Source: Eledone cirrhosa (lineage: Eukaryota). From it: 64,000 bases of DNA. The translations under genes and the position numbers were made by a program. The notes below the pieces were generated by a model that did no database searches, was not told where the DNA came from, and was given only the letters and a program-made list of their open reading frames with translations. Shown piece after piece: positions 13,681 to 27,918 of this stretch. Position 1 is the first letter of the stretch. Each line of letters begins with the position of its first letter. The stretch covers positions 51,894,001 through 51,958,000 of the forward strand of contig OZ024745.1 of NCBI GenBank assembly GCA_964016885.1, written 5' to 3'.

Positions 13681-14335
13681 TATATATCAATAATTCATAG
13701 CTTTGAATTAAGCCTTTAATAATACGTTAACACACTTGGCATAGAACTTTCTATGACTTCACTGCTATTTATATGAATGATATTTTACCATCTAGCAAAT
13801 TCTACTGATAAGATATTCGTCTGCTCGCTTCCATAGTAAATATCAGTTTGTCATGTGGCCGTGCATAGAGAACTAGCATTTCTGGACATTGTTTTGAAGT
13901 GAATATCTTCAACACAAAAATCATCTTATAAGTTAATGATAGCCGTCAACAGAATGACTGAACGCCATACAGTAAGAAGAATTCTTATCGACAGAAACTT
14001 AACATAACATAGTTGTTGCATTACTTAGCTTTGAGAAATGACTGATATTATTTATGACTGTTACTAATGTTATTTTATTTATGAAAGTTTTATCTGAAAA
14101 AGTATATCCATTCTTCGGTGATGTATCTAGAAACTCATAATATTACCATCAAGAAATCGATTAATCTCAGCACGTAGTTTCATTAGATAATCAGAGCAAG
14201 TCAAGTTTCAGTTATCTAATTAGTGTTACAAACCAAAAGATAAAAATAAAGAGGTATATGATGTGAATAAATAAATATGTAAACTTATATGAACAATCGT
14301 TGTTGAGAGTGTGTTACCTATTATTTTCATTAATG

Positions 14336-14372
<37 letters not shown>

Positions 14373-14449
14373 ACGAAGGAAATGTGGTAAGGAACCAGGT
14401 GGACCATAACGCACCAAAGTACTCAATACTAAGGGTAGTAGAGTGGGTA

Positions 14450-14571
14450 ATAGGAACGAGTAGGACCCCGACGGCTGAGCTCAAGCCGTTTCGACGGCTA
14501 ATTCTGGACTCATTCTGTCCAGAATTAGCCGTCGAAACGGCTTGAGCTCAGCCGGCGGGGTCCTACTCGTT

Positions 14572-14576
<5 letters not shown>
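14450..14576. repeat. 60-bp-arm palindrome containing the 3' half of a hammerhead (GAAA-stem III-GUC)
   Basis: Arms 14450-14509 / 14517-14576 with one mismatch; diverged relative at ~14840-15003. Confidence 0.85.
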
Positions 14577-14646
<70 letters not shown>

Positions 14647-14715
14647 ATATATACATATATATATATATATAGAGAGAGAGATAGAGAGAAAGAAAGAGTG
14701 GGGGAGAGAGAGAGA

Positions 14716-14803
<88 letters not shown>

Positions 14804-15362
14804 GGTTTCACCGGTTTTTAACAAGTAAAATCATTTTTCGGCAGAGTACTCGTTACTCGGTATAGTAGAGTGTGGCTATATTAGAGTGAGGCGGTAACCG
14901 ATAGCTGAGTTCTTGCCGTTTCATCAGCTAATTCTAGACACAATCTGAAAATAGCTATCGAGACAGCAGGAACGTATACGTCGGAACTCGACTCTCTCTA
15001 ATATATGTATATATCGGGACAAGAAATAGAAAGTGACCTAGCTATTACCATGCTAGTCGACATATAGATCTACCACAAGCAATCAACCCTCTGAAATTAT
15101 CGTAAATCAATGAACTAAGTAACTGTCTTTTGTTTCATTGTTATTGTTCAATAGCCACACATATATACATTAATGACATTGTAGCTTGGGCAGATTGTTC
15201 TTCGATTAGGATTCACCGCCTAATCTCTCTGAAAGTACCTGTCCAAGGTCGCATAGAGTTCTAACAACACTATCGGCCATGCCACAAACAGTTGGAAACC
15301 AATATACATATCGCCGGGAGCCTCCGTCACGATTTTAGAACCATTCTCTCTATCTCTGTATA

Positions 15363-15421
<59 letters not shown>

Positions 15422-15466
15422 TAAAATATAAATATTAATAAAATAGATGTTATTTTGATCAATTAC

Positions 15467-15519
15467 ATTTTATTATACATATTTCGGATGTACAACAGTA
15501 CGTCCTCTTCAGACAAAAT
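15467..15519 (-). ncRNA. Canonical-core type-I hammerhead ribozyme at the 3' end of a Penelope-like remnant (~15420-16450)
   Basis: attttgt-CTGAAGA-ggacgtac(tgtt)gtacatcc-GAAA-tatgta-TA-ataaaat. Confidence 0.8.
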
Positions 15520-16829
15520 ATAATGATACATGACATACCCTGAGATGTTAAATGGTTAATATTTAATCAAGGTAGTGATTAACCTAAGAGAAAATTTAAC
15601 ATATATAGCCTAATTTTGAGAAAGTGCGAAAACGTAATAAATTCAATAGAGAATATATGAGTAAAAAAAACGTTGCTTAATGTAACTGCTATAGAGATTT
15701 TTAAAAGAATGATATTACAATATATCTAGGAAAACATGTCGTGAATCATAACAGCCAGTGATACCCCCTGGAAAAGGAGTTATAAAGAGGGAAAGATAAA
15801 TTGGTGATATATGCAGAAGGAGATTTTTTCCCGAAAGTTAAACGGTTAATTTTGAAAATATTTAATTTATAATATTAGGGTGAAGACTCAAGATTTCAGG
15901 ATTTATTTGCTGGTTATTTATATATTAGTATTATAAATTCTATAAATGTGTTAACATTTCTAAGCTTCTGAGTTTTATGAGGGTAACATTTAAAGGATTT
16001 AGCTGGCACATCAAGAATGAAAGTTTTAACCTGTTGATTATTTTCCTAATTTTAAACTTTAAAAAAGATACCAACATATTAGGTATGTAAAGCTTTTGAA
16101 GTACTTATTGTTAGACATATTTAAATAACATTAATATATATCCATATACATATTAATGAGCCAGTATATTTTAGGTAAATAATAACGAAAATAAAAATAA
16201 AATAATAGATTGAGGCATGTTACGGTTAAATATACACCTATATATAACAGGGTGTAAAGGCATTAATTATTCTTAGTTCAGAGTGTACATAATCAAGAAA
16301 TTTAAAAGTTAACTAAAAATTATGTATAGGAAGATATGGGGAGGTTAATAGATATATATTAGGTATTAGTGGTGCAGTATACTTTAGGTAAATGATAACG
16401 GTTCTAATTTTATAAAATAGAGTTCAACGTGTTACATTTAAATACATATATATATATAAGAAAAACAATAATAAGTGCATAGATAATTCAGAGTTCAAAA
16501 TCATGTCAAAATACGCACACATGTATTGCACATTGATGGGTGCATACATACATCATTTCACCTCTTTTATTACTGATGTTATTGAAGTTCTTTTGAGAGA
16601 ATCGTTTTTGCAAATGACTGAAAATATCGAATAATGTACGCTATTTTTACCAGTACCACAGAAATTCTGTTCCATCCACACACACACAGATACACACATA
16701 CACACACACACGCATGCACACGCGAACACTAACATACACACACACACTTATCCATATATATATATATGATGCCTGCAAAATTTGCTAAGAGTATTGCAAT
16801 CGCTTGTCAGATTATAGAGTATGGTGCAC

Positions 16830-17155
16830 TTTTAACCAATCGACCAAGTTCACGAAAAGGAGAACTGGTTAATATCATCGGATGCTTCTGAAACTGCAGG
16901 TTTTTTATTCAGAGTTTCCCTCACCTAAAGAGGTGGAAAAAAACTATTTGGATGGCCGTTGACTCTGCTGAGTTCCTTCGGTCTTTGCCGGGTCTTGTAT
17001 TTCATCCCGCAGGCTGTCCAAATATCACCCTCCTCACTAAGATAGCTTTGTGGAGTTTAGTCGGCGCCGACCCGACCATGAGACAGGTCGTATTGGGTTA
17101 CATGTTACCAGTAGCACCAGAGAGCGACCTGACATAATATACGGATATTAATACG
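16830..17155 (-). mobile_element. Dispersed repeat, probably an RTE-type LINE 5' UTR; relative at ~24599-24760 (+)
   Basis: Shared blocks gagtcaa.ggccatccaaa, ggaaa(a)ctctga, atccgatgat.tt.ac..gttct.ctttt. Confidence 0.5.
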
Positions 17156-17171
17156 CACCTAAATAAATATC

Positions 17172-17302
<131 letters not shown>

Positions 17303-17792
17303 GTGTATAGGTAATTGGGAATTTATGAGTGGATACGTAAGTTCTTGATTTCTGTATGACTCAATATTAATATAAATATATATATTATTATGAAAGTGTT
17401 TATATTTTATATCATGTCTATAAAAAATTAAGGATTTGTCACATGATCCACACCGTTGACACACGTTGAAACCCGCCGAAGATTTCGGAGTGGACATCTA
17501 TTCTGTAATTGATTTACGTAAGTTCATATATAATAGACAGTGGCTCATCAGAATCCATGTTGGTCAAGGTAACTATCCATTTATCAATTTTATTTTGTTC
17601 CTCCCATGTTTGATCCAGCTAAAATCTAAAGGGAATCACTCTGGCACATTGAATACGTTTTTGTTTCACTGAGTGAGTGGATGTTACCTTAATCGTCTTG
17701 ATTCATCACTTGATAAGATAACATCGTTTAACTGCATATTATCTATAGATTTGATCAGACACTCCTTACAGATTAATGTAAGTTATTATAAA

Positions 17793-17907
17793 TCTTCTTC
17801 TTCTTCTTCTTCTTCTTCTTCTTCTTCTTCTTCTTCTTCTTCTTCTTCTTCTTCTTCTTCTTCTTCTTCTTCTTCTTCTTCTTCTTCTTCTTCTTCTTCT
17901 TCTTCTT

Positions 17908-17940
<33 letters not shown>

Positions 17941-18600
17941 GAGAGGGTCGTGGGCTAGACTTTTCAAACACTCTTTCCAAATGGTCCTGTCAGAAGCAAC
18001 CGTCTCCAACTGGATCGCCAAGCCAGACCATCCAAGCTCATGGATGCTATCCAATCATCTCGTTCAGAGTCACCCCTGAATCCCTTGCCGGTTGGTTTTG
18101 CCCGTACAATCTGTCCTGCGATTATTTCCTGAGGCATTCTAACCATTTGGGAACTTTTACTCCTATCTCCCTACTTCGGATTACTTAATGTTGAAGCTGG
18201 CACCATACTGCACCAGCTCCTGTAATACTTGCTCTTAATTCTGTCTCTTGCCTCAAACACTCGTGAATACGGCCCCAAGATACCTGAAATTCTCCACCCA
18301 CTTCAGTGCAAGGCACTCCAATCACATGTAGAGTACACTGTGCATTCTTCCTTGCGAGGACGCGTGTATCACTTTTCACATCACATATTTTCATTCCAGT
18401 TATGAAGAACTCGGCATCAAACCTATTAGGTATATTATTTTTATCAGGTTCTGAAATCCCTATATATCTCCACGCCTCTTCCGTTGCTGTCAGAAAGAAT
18501 GAAAGGTATTTAAATACGCTTCGACTTTCGGGATTGCTGAATGTTTGTTTCTTTACATCAATGACGGCTTGCGCTATTACAAGCAGGATCAAGCTGAAAA
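17793..18600 (-). mobile_element. Degenerate RTE LINE 3' fragment with (GAA)n tail
   Basis: Remnants QETELRASITGAGAVW, MVRMPQE..AKPTGK, D.I.ELGW...DRTIW; (TTC)n at 17793-17937. Confidence 0.65.
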
Positions 18601-19585
18601 CCGAATAGTTGCGGTGTACAATTCTTATCTACACACCCTTGCGCTTAAACATATAGTTAGTTTCCAAAATTTCAAAATATAATTTGGATATAAAACACGC
18701 GTGTAAGCGGTTTCTAAAATGGAAAAAGTTCGGATTCATTATTCACACGATTTTTCAATTTTAGAACATGCATGTGACAGAATATTCATTTAATAACAAA
18801 AATAAGCGCATATAAATACCAAATTGGATAGTGATATAACCGCATTATGTCGATGTGTGTCGACAATAAAATATCTGTGACAGTGAGTGACTATAGCTGA
18901 TCGTACAATCATCAATGACTGAATCAGTTCCCATATTTATCATATTGCCTCAACATACCTCAATATTCTTTGATGGATGGGAGTTTATGTATTTGCAGTA
19001 CTTGTTTTAAATTGAAACCTTGGAGTTGCGAGATAATTGGTTGATATTTTATTCTGATATCATAAAATATTACCAACATAAAGCCTCTTCTAATAAATAA
19101 CTTATTGATCTATAATGTCATGAAACAGCCAATCCTTTTTTTTATTGTTAAGCGACTCATTTACTCTGATTGAAATTAGTACTTAGGCTACTCCATTATT
19201 TGTATGTACCCTATTCATCTGTTTTACTTTAATGCATATCAAACGAAAATTACTTATGAGTCATGCATTTTACGGGAATTTATCAAGAGGAAACAAACAG
19301 TTGCTATTCTATGCCACCAACTGAATATATGTCTTACAACGCATGCACATAGAAATACTCACACACACACTTATGTGTATGTGTGCGTGTGCAGCGTTTT
19401 GTGTATAGTTATATGAGGATAGACATGTCCTCACAATATATTTCTAAAGTTAAAATATGTTTATGTATAAATATATTGAAAGACGCACATAAACATATAT
19501 ACATATATATATATATACTTGCGTACATATGTGTGTGTGTCTTTATGCGTGTGTTTTTTTTATGTGTGTGTGTGTGTGTGTGTGT

Positions 19586-19654
<69 letters not shown>

Positions 19655-19655
19655 C

Positions 19656-19696
<41 letters not shown>

Positions 19697-22600
19697 GAGA
19701 GAGAGAAAGAGCGAGAGAGAGAGAGAGAGAGAGAACGAAAGGAAGCGAAGAAGAAAAGACGAGTTTTGCATGAGCTAGTTTTTATAGTCAACCTATGAAT
19801 AGGAAACATCACACATGGCACAATATATAGAAATGCAAATACAATATAATTTCAATTAGGTAGTTTACCGCAGCTGAAACACGAATTCACACATGTGATC
19901 CACGTACGCATACAATTTAATTTCTCTATTAGGTTTCTTCTATATTTTTAATACAATCCCGCTGGTAATTTCCTAGAGGGTATTACTATTTGCAGCAGAA
20001 AATATTTCACATTTTGTTTTCTTTCCGTTTCTGTGGAATTTTTAGAAGATTTAATAAAATGACATCAAATGACAAATCTTAGTTTGACCACTGAACCAGA
20101 CATATGCATTGACCTGTATATATTGAAATATTTGTGTCCAGTTTAGCATGTTATACATGCTTCCCAAGTTTCAATAGAATATATCTTTAAGTATTTATTT
20201 TACTTCATTTTATACCATTAGTCATATTAGATTATTTTTATGTTTTATGTGTTTCATTTCATGTAATTTATGAGGAAAATGTAATAAACAGGCTTTAGAA
20301 GCGACAGTTGTGACATACATTTTCCCTGTTATTCTAGCATATACCAATGTTTTGTTAGCCTCACCATGCGTGTAGAATATGTTAAGTAGACACTGCATTC
20401 TGTCTATGTTGATATTTGTCAAAAATATTTGAATGTAATTCTGTAGAGTCATTCGAAATAAGTGCTTTCCGAAATTTATACTCCTTAGCATTTTAAATCT
20501 TTCGGTTTCGAGACTCGTAAAAATAACATGATGCATAAATACAATACTGTTTAATAAAGTGTGAAGTTTTGCAATTGAAATCATTTTTGTTATCGTTGGG
20601 GAGGTGCAGATGTATTTCTATGCATTTCGTTACAAGTTTACTATCGAACAAATATATATTACACACCTATAATATACTCACAATTAAACGTAAAAAACAC
20701 GCATACACATAAACACATATTCACTTTCTCAAGCATATGCATATATGTATTAGAATTCCTTCTTAAAATGATTAATACGGGTAACTTTGATACCGTTAAT
20801 ATTCCTTTTGTCGTCGAATTCAATGACATCTGAGAAGGGAGTAAATGTGAGATGATTCATAATCTTGGTATGGAAATTTGAGCATGACATTTATGTCTTA
20901 CTAAATCTGGAAATGGATCTACTGTTATGCATTCGAGTGCAAAAAACAAATTAGACGGATGATTCCGGACAGTGGTGGCACGGAATTAGATATTTTATAT
21001 TTCACTTAATATTTGTAATGTTGGTATTTGCTATGGGTTAAAATAAATTGTCTCTCCATTGAAGGTTTACGGATAGATTAGGCAAATTATGTAAATTGTC
21101 CTTGAGCAAAATATTTGATTAGTGTTCGGGTTTGTGGAAAAGTGTGAGGTTAATAAAACAATGTTCATACATACAGCGATTGTATTTTTTTTGGTTGAAT
21201 TGTATGCCTCATATATGAACTCATTAAATGATTGTTCCAATGTTTCTGTTGATAAAACAATTGTAGGTTCGACAAAGGAATACTAATTGCCCTAGATTAG
21301 AGGTGAATAACATTTCGGATCATTCCAGTAAGATTGGGTGGAGCTTCTGCTTACGGCGTGCATGGGAAAGTATGGGTAAAATTCAAAAATATGCCTCTAC
21401 ACCAGTATAATGTTATCTAGCGAGAAACTACTATCCCAAAGACATTAAGCGGATTCTGGCAGTAGGCTGGGAATTTTAAGTTGTAATTCGTATCCAAGTC
21501 ATAGTGTAAAGTTTTGGTAATGTCTATAATATAAAGATATAAAAGCATGTATACATAATATATAAATGTAGCCGTACTTAGAAGATCAAGAGTCAGAGAG
21601 TAAATATTGTAATATGATTAATGCTTCCTCTATATAATTGAATGTTTTTGTCATGATTGATGACTCATAATATAGTAATAAGATGACGGATTTGTAAATA
21701 ATTGTCTGTTCAACTGCGTTTTACCTATTCATTTAATAATTTTGAAGAAAGAAGAATGAGTGCAAGTAGCAGCTGGGGTTCAGTTCTGAGGCCGCATGTC
21801 GTCCGGTTCCCTGATGCGTCTCTTAAAATCAATCACCCAGCGTTCATGAAAATGCATGTGTATTGTGCCATAACTTGTTGAATAATAGATTTATATATGG
21901 CATTGGTATTAGGACGAATGCCATCGCTGGATATTTGTCATTTCACTCTAGACATGTACGATGTTTAAGATGTGTAAAAGCCTAAAATTAAAGGATTTAA
22001 TTAAAACGATTTTATTACATATTGCATTATTATATTTTGCATTATAAACTGGATTGCATTTATCCATAACAAAAGCACTTATGGGAGTTTCAGTTGTAGA
22101 AAAAATTCATGATAGAATCTTTTTTACAATAAATATCTTCCCAAATCCAAATCTACAAAGAACTATTCAGACGAAAGATGCAATACATTTCAACAAAAGA
22201 AACACTGTACTGATAGAAATTTTCTTCAGAGCTCCAGTTTCTATGTTCTATATAACAAATGTCAGGTGTTTCTATTAACATTTTTATTTTTATTTCCGTG
22301 CGCTGCTCAACTGTCTACTAAATACTTATATATGTTTATAATTGATTTGATATCTATTCATTTTCACACATGTGAATACATATATTACTTTATTTTTGCT
22401 TCGCCGTTTCAAAATTTCATGAACGTTTTCTATTGTATTTAGGCATGTATGTTTGTACACAATGTTTCCATATATGGTCTATCGATGAACAGGCATTTAC
22501 AAGCACATTTTCTCTCCAAATCCCTTTCACCAAGTACCTTGCTTTTCCCTTTCTACTGAAACCATTATTGTACATACAAAATACGAACAACTATGAGATT

Positions 22601-23984
22601 ACCTGTGAGTGTTTTCGAATGTTAGTTGCGTAAGATGACAGTCGGCGGGTCAATTATAAAACATAGTTACTATTTTCCAATGACCCAACCATTTGATATG
22701 ATACGAGATCCCTCCATGCAAGGAAAGTTTTCGTAATCTCTAAGGGACCGCCTACAATTCGAGAGGCATTCAGATTAACAGGACCTGAAATAAATGATTA
22801 CCTATTTTCCATCATAACATTTGATACTGCAATAAACAGACACGCACTCCTATGTAAATATATGTAAACATATATATCTGGTATTATAGATAATTTCTCA
22901 ACACAGTTGTCTACTTGTGCGTATGTGTATTTATATGTGCATAATTGTTATAGCTTATTGTTTTTAATCGTTTGTGGGTGCAGTGTATATTTGCCTGAGA
23001 CATATTTCTTCTTTTACAATGGGTGTAAAATACCTGGAGAAGTATTATTACATGCAGAGAGGAGATATTATGTTATGGGCGGGAATCTTCTAAATATTTC
23101 ACTTTTTTTATTATTTATTTATCAGATGATTTCAAACACAAACTCTTCAATTAAGCACAGTGAACAGCTTTTAGGCTCAGGATGTTCCATTTAAACGGAA
23201 ATACATTTATCCTTCAGCTTTCATACTAGGTTTGTCAATGCTATGTGCATCTGCATGTTCTGGTGCTTGAAAAACATGATACGTGAGTAGTACAGTTGTT
23301 TAAACCGGTTCTGTATCATACCCACATACAACACACTGTTCGTTTTATGGCTGGTTGTAACTAGTGAAAAAGATGGCTTCATAAGCGATCGACCTGTGAT
23401 TGCATCTTTGTTGTAGATCAATCATCTTTTATCCTGCATGAAATCTCGGGTTTACGTCAGGTTCTTAATTGAATTGTTGAAGTATAGTTGACGAAATCCC
23501 ATCAGAGATAAATCGATTCTCATTTATAGAAATTAATGTTTTATCTAAATTAATCGACTTTGGATAACATTCCAGTATGCTTTGTTTCAGTATCAATATA
23601 TATGTTCATACATCCTTGTGGAATGGAATATTTCTGTGTAGATGATGTAGATTATTGTCTATTACAATTCATCATGAGGCGGAAGGCAAGGAAACTCTAC
23701 AAGACAATAGATTTGTCACAAGCATGCAGAAATGTTTGCGACAACGTACACTGAATATATGAACATATCATTTCTGATGTGAATATAAGATATTCGTTAT
23801 ACCCACAATTTTCATAAGACATGATATCTACTTCACATACCTCACTAATTCAAATGGTAATCTGAATATCTGCACAGAACTAAAATTCTTTAAAACATGA
23901 TATTCCTCTTTGGGGCATACATAGCAAAGTAAAGCATTCTGTTAAAATATTTGGTTGCATCTGCGTTAGTTCTTGTACCAATAT

Positions 23985-24144
23985 AATTGTTTCTACTTAA
24001 GGCACAAGGCCAGCAAATTACCCAGTGCATTACTGGTACTTTATTTTATCGACCGCGTAAGGATGAAAGGCAAAGTCAACCTCGGCGGGATTTGAACTCA
24101 GATCGTAAAGGGAAGTAACTATGCTGTATCGTAAAGGGACGTAA
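23985..24144 (-). mobile_element. 5'-truncated SINE family A with 16-bp TSD
   Basis: Family A sequence; cttgtaccaatataat present on both sides. Confidence 0.9.
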
Positions 24145-24460
24145 CTTGTACCAATATAATAGGTAATAATTATGTTAACACCTGCAATCATCAGGAACAC
24201 GCTGTCTCTGCGGGGCATTATTATGCTTGTATTGGCAATTTGTGGATATAACAGTTTCCATAATTGACAATAAAATTATAAAAAATATATCACAAAAGTC
24301 TTTATCATCGTTGATGCAAATATAAACATGATACACATGAATAATTTCTTTCTACATCTGCATAGATAGATACATAAATACATACAGAGATAATATAAAC
24401 ACACAAACATACACACACACACACGTACAAGCATACACATACACGCACACATACACACAT

Positions 24461-24491
<31 letters not shown>

Positions 24492-24598
24492 AATGTGTAA
24501 ATAAATAAATATATATATATATATAAAATGAATTCAACTGAGTTGTCGGCTAGTGCAATATTGTATGTATGTATGTCAAGGGGCAAATGAGCTCTTGA

Positions 24599-24760
24599 GA
24601 GTCAATGGCCATCCAAAAGCACCGGGAGAGATGACCCCTTAACCTTTGTCAAGGCAGAATTCTAGAAGGAAAACTCTGATATAACACCTGCAACCCTGAT
24701 GGTATCCGATGATGTTGACTTGTTCTTCTTTTTGGTAAATATCCTCTTGGTTAAGAGAGT
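24599..24760 (+). mobile_element. Relative of 16830-17155 (RTE 5'UTR-like)
   Basis: Shared sequence blocks, including tagaaggaaaactctgat. Confidence 0.45.
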
Positions 24761-25034
24761 GGGACTGGCTTTGTGCAGTGCCTTTGCTCACTATAAAAGC
24801 TTCACGGCATAGGCATTGCTTTATATCTGGAGATCTCTCTGCACATGTCGTCACATGGTGCCATGGGACCAGCACTATGTGTCAATAATTGTCACAAGTG
24901 TAGTGTTCCATAGTTTTCAAGTCGCTGGCTGGACTAAAAAGTCACGCTCGTTCAGCGCATCAGTAAGGGTTCTCCTACATGGATATAAAGTAGTCGCCGT
25001 GCTCGAAAACAAGTTGGCAGCCACCATATATATA

Positions 25035-25073
<39 letters not shown>

Positions 25074-25115
25074 TAAATCATGTCCTTAGAATTATTAGAT
25101 TATGTATATGTAAAC

Positions 25116-25163
<48 letters not shown>

Positions 25164-25267
25164 TTGCGAGGCTTTTTATATAAAATCGTGTGTCGAAACA
25201 AATAATGTTATACTTGGGGAGGGTCATTAGTTCTGGCAATATTATTACACAAATATGACATTCCCCT

Positions 25268-25302
<35 letters not shown>

Positions 25303-25373
25303 TAGAAATTGAGGTTTTTTTACAAAATGAAAAATAACCGAGGTGTCCTACACGAGTGAAAGTATAAAGAAAC

Positions 25374-25555
25374 AAAGATGAAATAGAAAATGCAACTGGA
25401 GTCTTATTTTAAAAATATATATATATATTTATTTGGTTCCTTTACCGGTTTCTCAGTTCTTCTGCTTTTCAAAAGTAGAGTTGAATAAAGGAACCAAATA
25501 AATATATATATTTTTTTTAAATTAAAACTCCAGTTGCATTTTCGATTTCATCTTT
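25374..25555. repeat. Inverted repeat (~70-bp arms) enclosing a minimal hammerhead-like motif (25439-25475, minus strand, U3-A8 core)
   Basis: Minus: ctt-TTGAAAA-gcagaagaactga-GAAA-ccgg-TA-aag; arms aaagatgaaat..ggttccttta / taaaggaacc..atttcatcttt. Confidence 0.65.
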
Positions 25556-25559
25556 TTTT

Positions 25560-25627
<68 letters not shown>

Positions 25628-26254
25628 CTGTGTGTGCGTGCGTGTGTGGATGTGTATGTGTGCGTGTGTTGATGTGTCTGTGTGTGTGTGAGTTTATAAT
25701 ATTGATAATAATACTATTATTATTATAAGTTGAGCAATGAAACTATACCGGAAGGTTGTAAGCTCCAAACGATCTGGTTCACGCCGAGCTATAATATACC
25801 TTTTTAAAAAACACACAAAAGAATATAAAGCATTTTTCAACTCACATATGATTCAGCCGACAAAGATTTGTCCCGGTGTCATATAGTTACACATTTTAAA
25901 TTCGATAATTAATTACTTTTTTTGATTTACTAAACATTTTTTTTTTCGAAAATTTACTTATGGTTTTGCGTTACTCTTTGGAGGGTCATGCAAACAGACA
26001 GGTTTGCAAGAGGCAGAATCATAAGAGACACAAGCACACAGGGATGTGACCTTTGCTGGTGTGTCCGGACATGATCACATACGCGTGCATACGTCAGAAA
26101 TGTAGGATGTTGATAGTTATATACGTGCAAAGTTAGATGTGCATTTGGTGGTATATACCGATCTTGTAAATATAGGCGTATGGTATCGTGGTTACTGTTG
26201 TTAGTGTGTAAGTGTGCCTATGTCCATGATTGCGTGCAAAGATAAAGGGTAGTT

Positions 26255-26636
26255 ATATAAATAGACCCACAAAAAGAACACTGGAGGCCATTGACGTTGT
26301 TGCTAGAGGTCCAAGTGAAGGTTTGGCGAATGCAATAATAATGGTTCATACCTAGAATGTGGTAAGACCTCTAATATAGTGACAGGTTTTACAACAGATG
26401 CTGGAATAGGGATGGGAGCCAGGTGAAATACTAAGGAAGGGGGACGAGTAACTGTGCACAAGTTTTTCACGGTGAGTAGAAGTGAGAATTGATGGGTTCA
26501 TTAAAAGAGGTTTCAGAAGCAATGAATGATGCAGTGACTTAGTTGTAATGTTGACGGATGGGAGGTGTGGTGGGAAATAATGCGTGTGTTGGGATGGCAG
26601 TTGAAGGTAACAGGCCTGTGGTGCGCTCAATATCAC
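26255..26636 (-). pseudogene. Penelope-like linker / GIY-YIG N-terminal remnant (Neptune-like)
   Basis: KLVHS...PGSHPY..CCKTCHYI...TT, then (frameshift) FTWTSSNNVNGLQCSFCGSIYI; resembles the PLE CKTC...FTC.S.N.IY.I.C..C...YIG pattern. Confidence 0.6.
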
Positions 26637-26768
26637 GGAGGTGGGAAAGGGCAGCTTGAATCACGGTGGGAGGATATACACCCCGGATGAAGCGAGAAGC
26701 CATGCGTGGAGACACGAAATCATGGTCCTGAGTGCAAAGCCGAAGAAGACGGAGGAATTGGGAGTAGG

Positions 26769-26912
<144 letters not shown>

Positions 26913-27736
26913 GAAGTGCACCATCAGCTGGCGTGTATGATAAATTATATCTGTATACTTTGAGTGTGGGTAACCGAGAGTACGCCAATAATTATGTAAA
27001 TATACACTTACTTAATATGCACACTTGAAGGTATGCGCAATTCTTAAGATATTTGTAAATTAACTACCATTATTTCAGAATAATACTAACAGCGAATGCA
27101 TTTATTATCCCATCAAATACATGTTTCTTTGTCTTTGTTTGTATGTGATTCACGCCTTCTGATGTAACTCTGTGGTATATATCCAAAATATGAATTTATC
27201 CCTGTATACGAACATAGATTATAATATAACTTTATTCACATTTCTAGATTAAAGTTTGCGGGTGTAAATATAATGAAAAACGAGTAAATGCTCTTCAAAT
27301 TGATACACTCATTTTGTCAAAGTTGCCAAGAACACCATAAATTATCCAGAAATCCAGGAAGAATTTTAAACAATTTCAATGATTTATGTTTGCCAACTGG
27401 CAATTTATTTTCGTTCATGTTAACAGAAGAATTGAATATAAATCGTTGAGATATCTAACAAGACATTTTTTGCCAGTTTAGATACAAACATTTCATTTGG
27501 ATCTTATGTAGCAAATCTAATTAAGAATTTACAGAAGCAAATTTAGATTATTGCAAAATTACACCATTGCAACGTGCATGTATTTGAAACTAATTTAAAA
27601 CAAACCCACATTTGTTCCTTTACATATATTTGTTCAATCCTAATGGATGCTATTCAATTAAACTATATTTACTTGATGCATTCTACTCATCAATACTCAC
27701 CACGTAAACTCAAACACAACTATTCACCTGGCACTG

Positions 27737-27918
<182 letters not shown>

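Noticed and set aside
21760-23760. GC-richer patches as possible host exons
   Set aside because: No recognisable protein motifs or consistent splice/ORF structure; cannot be excluded without RNA-seq
26684-26730. CGGATGA...GAAA-tcatgg-TC hammerhead-like motif
   Set aside because: Stems I and II do not pair convincingly; probably a decayed copy, not called
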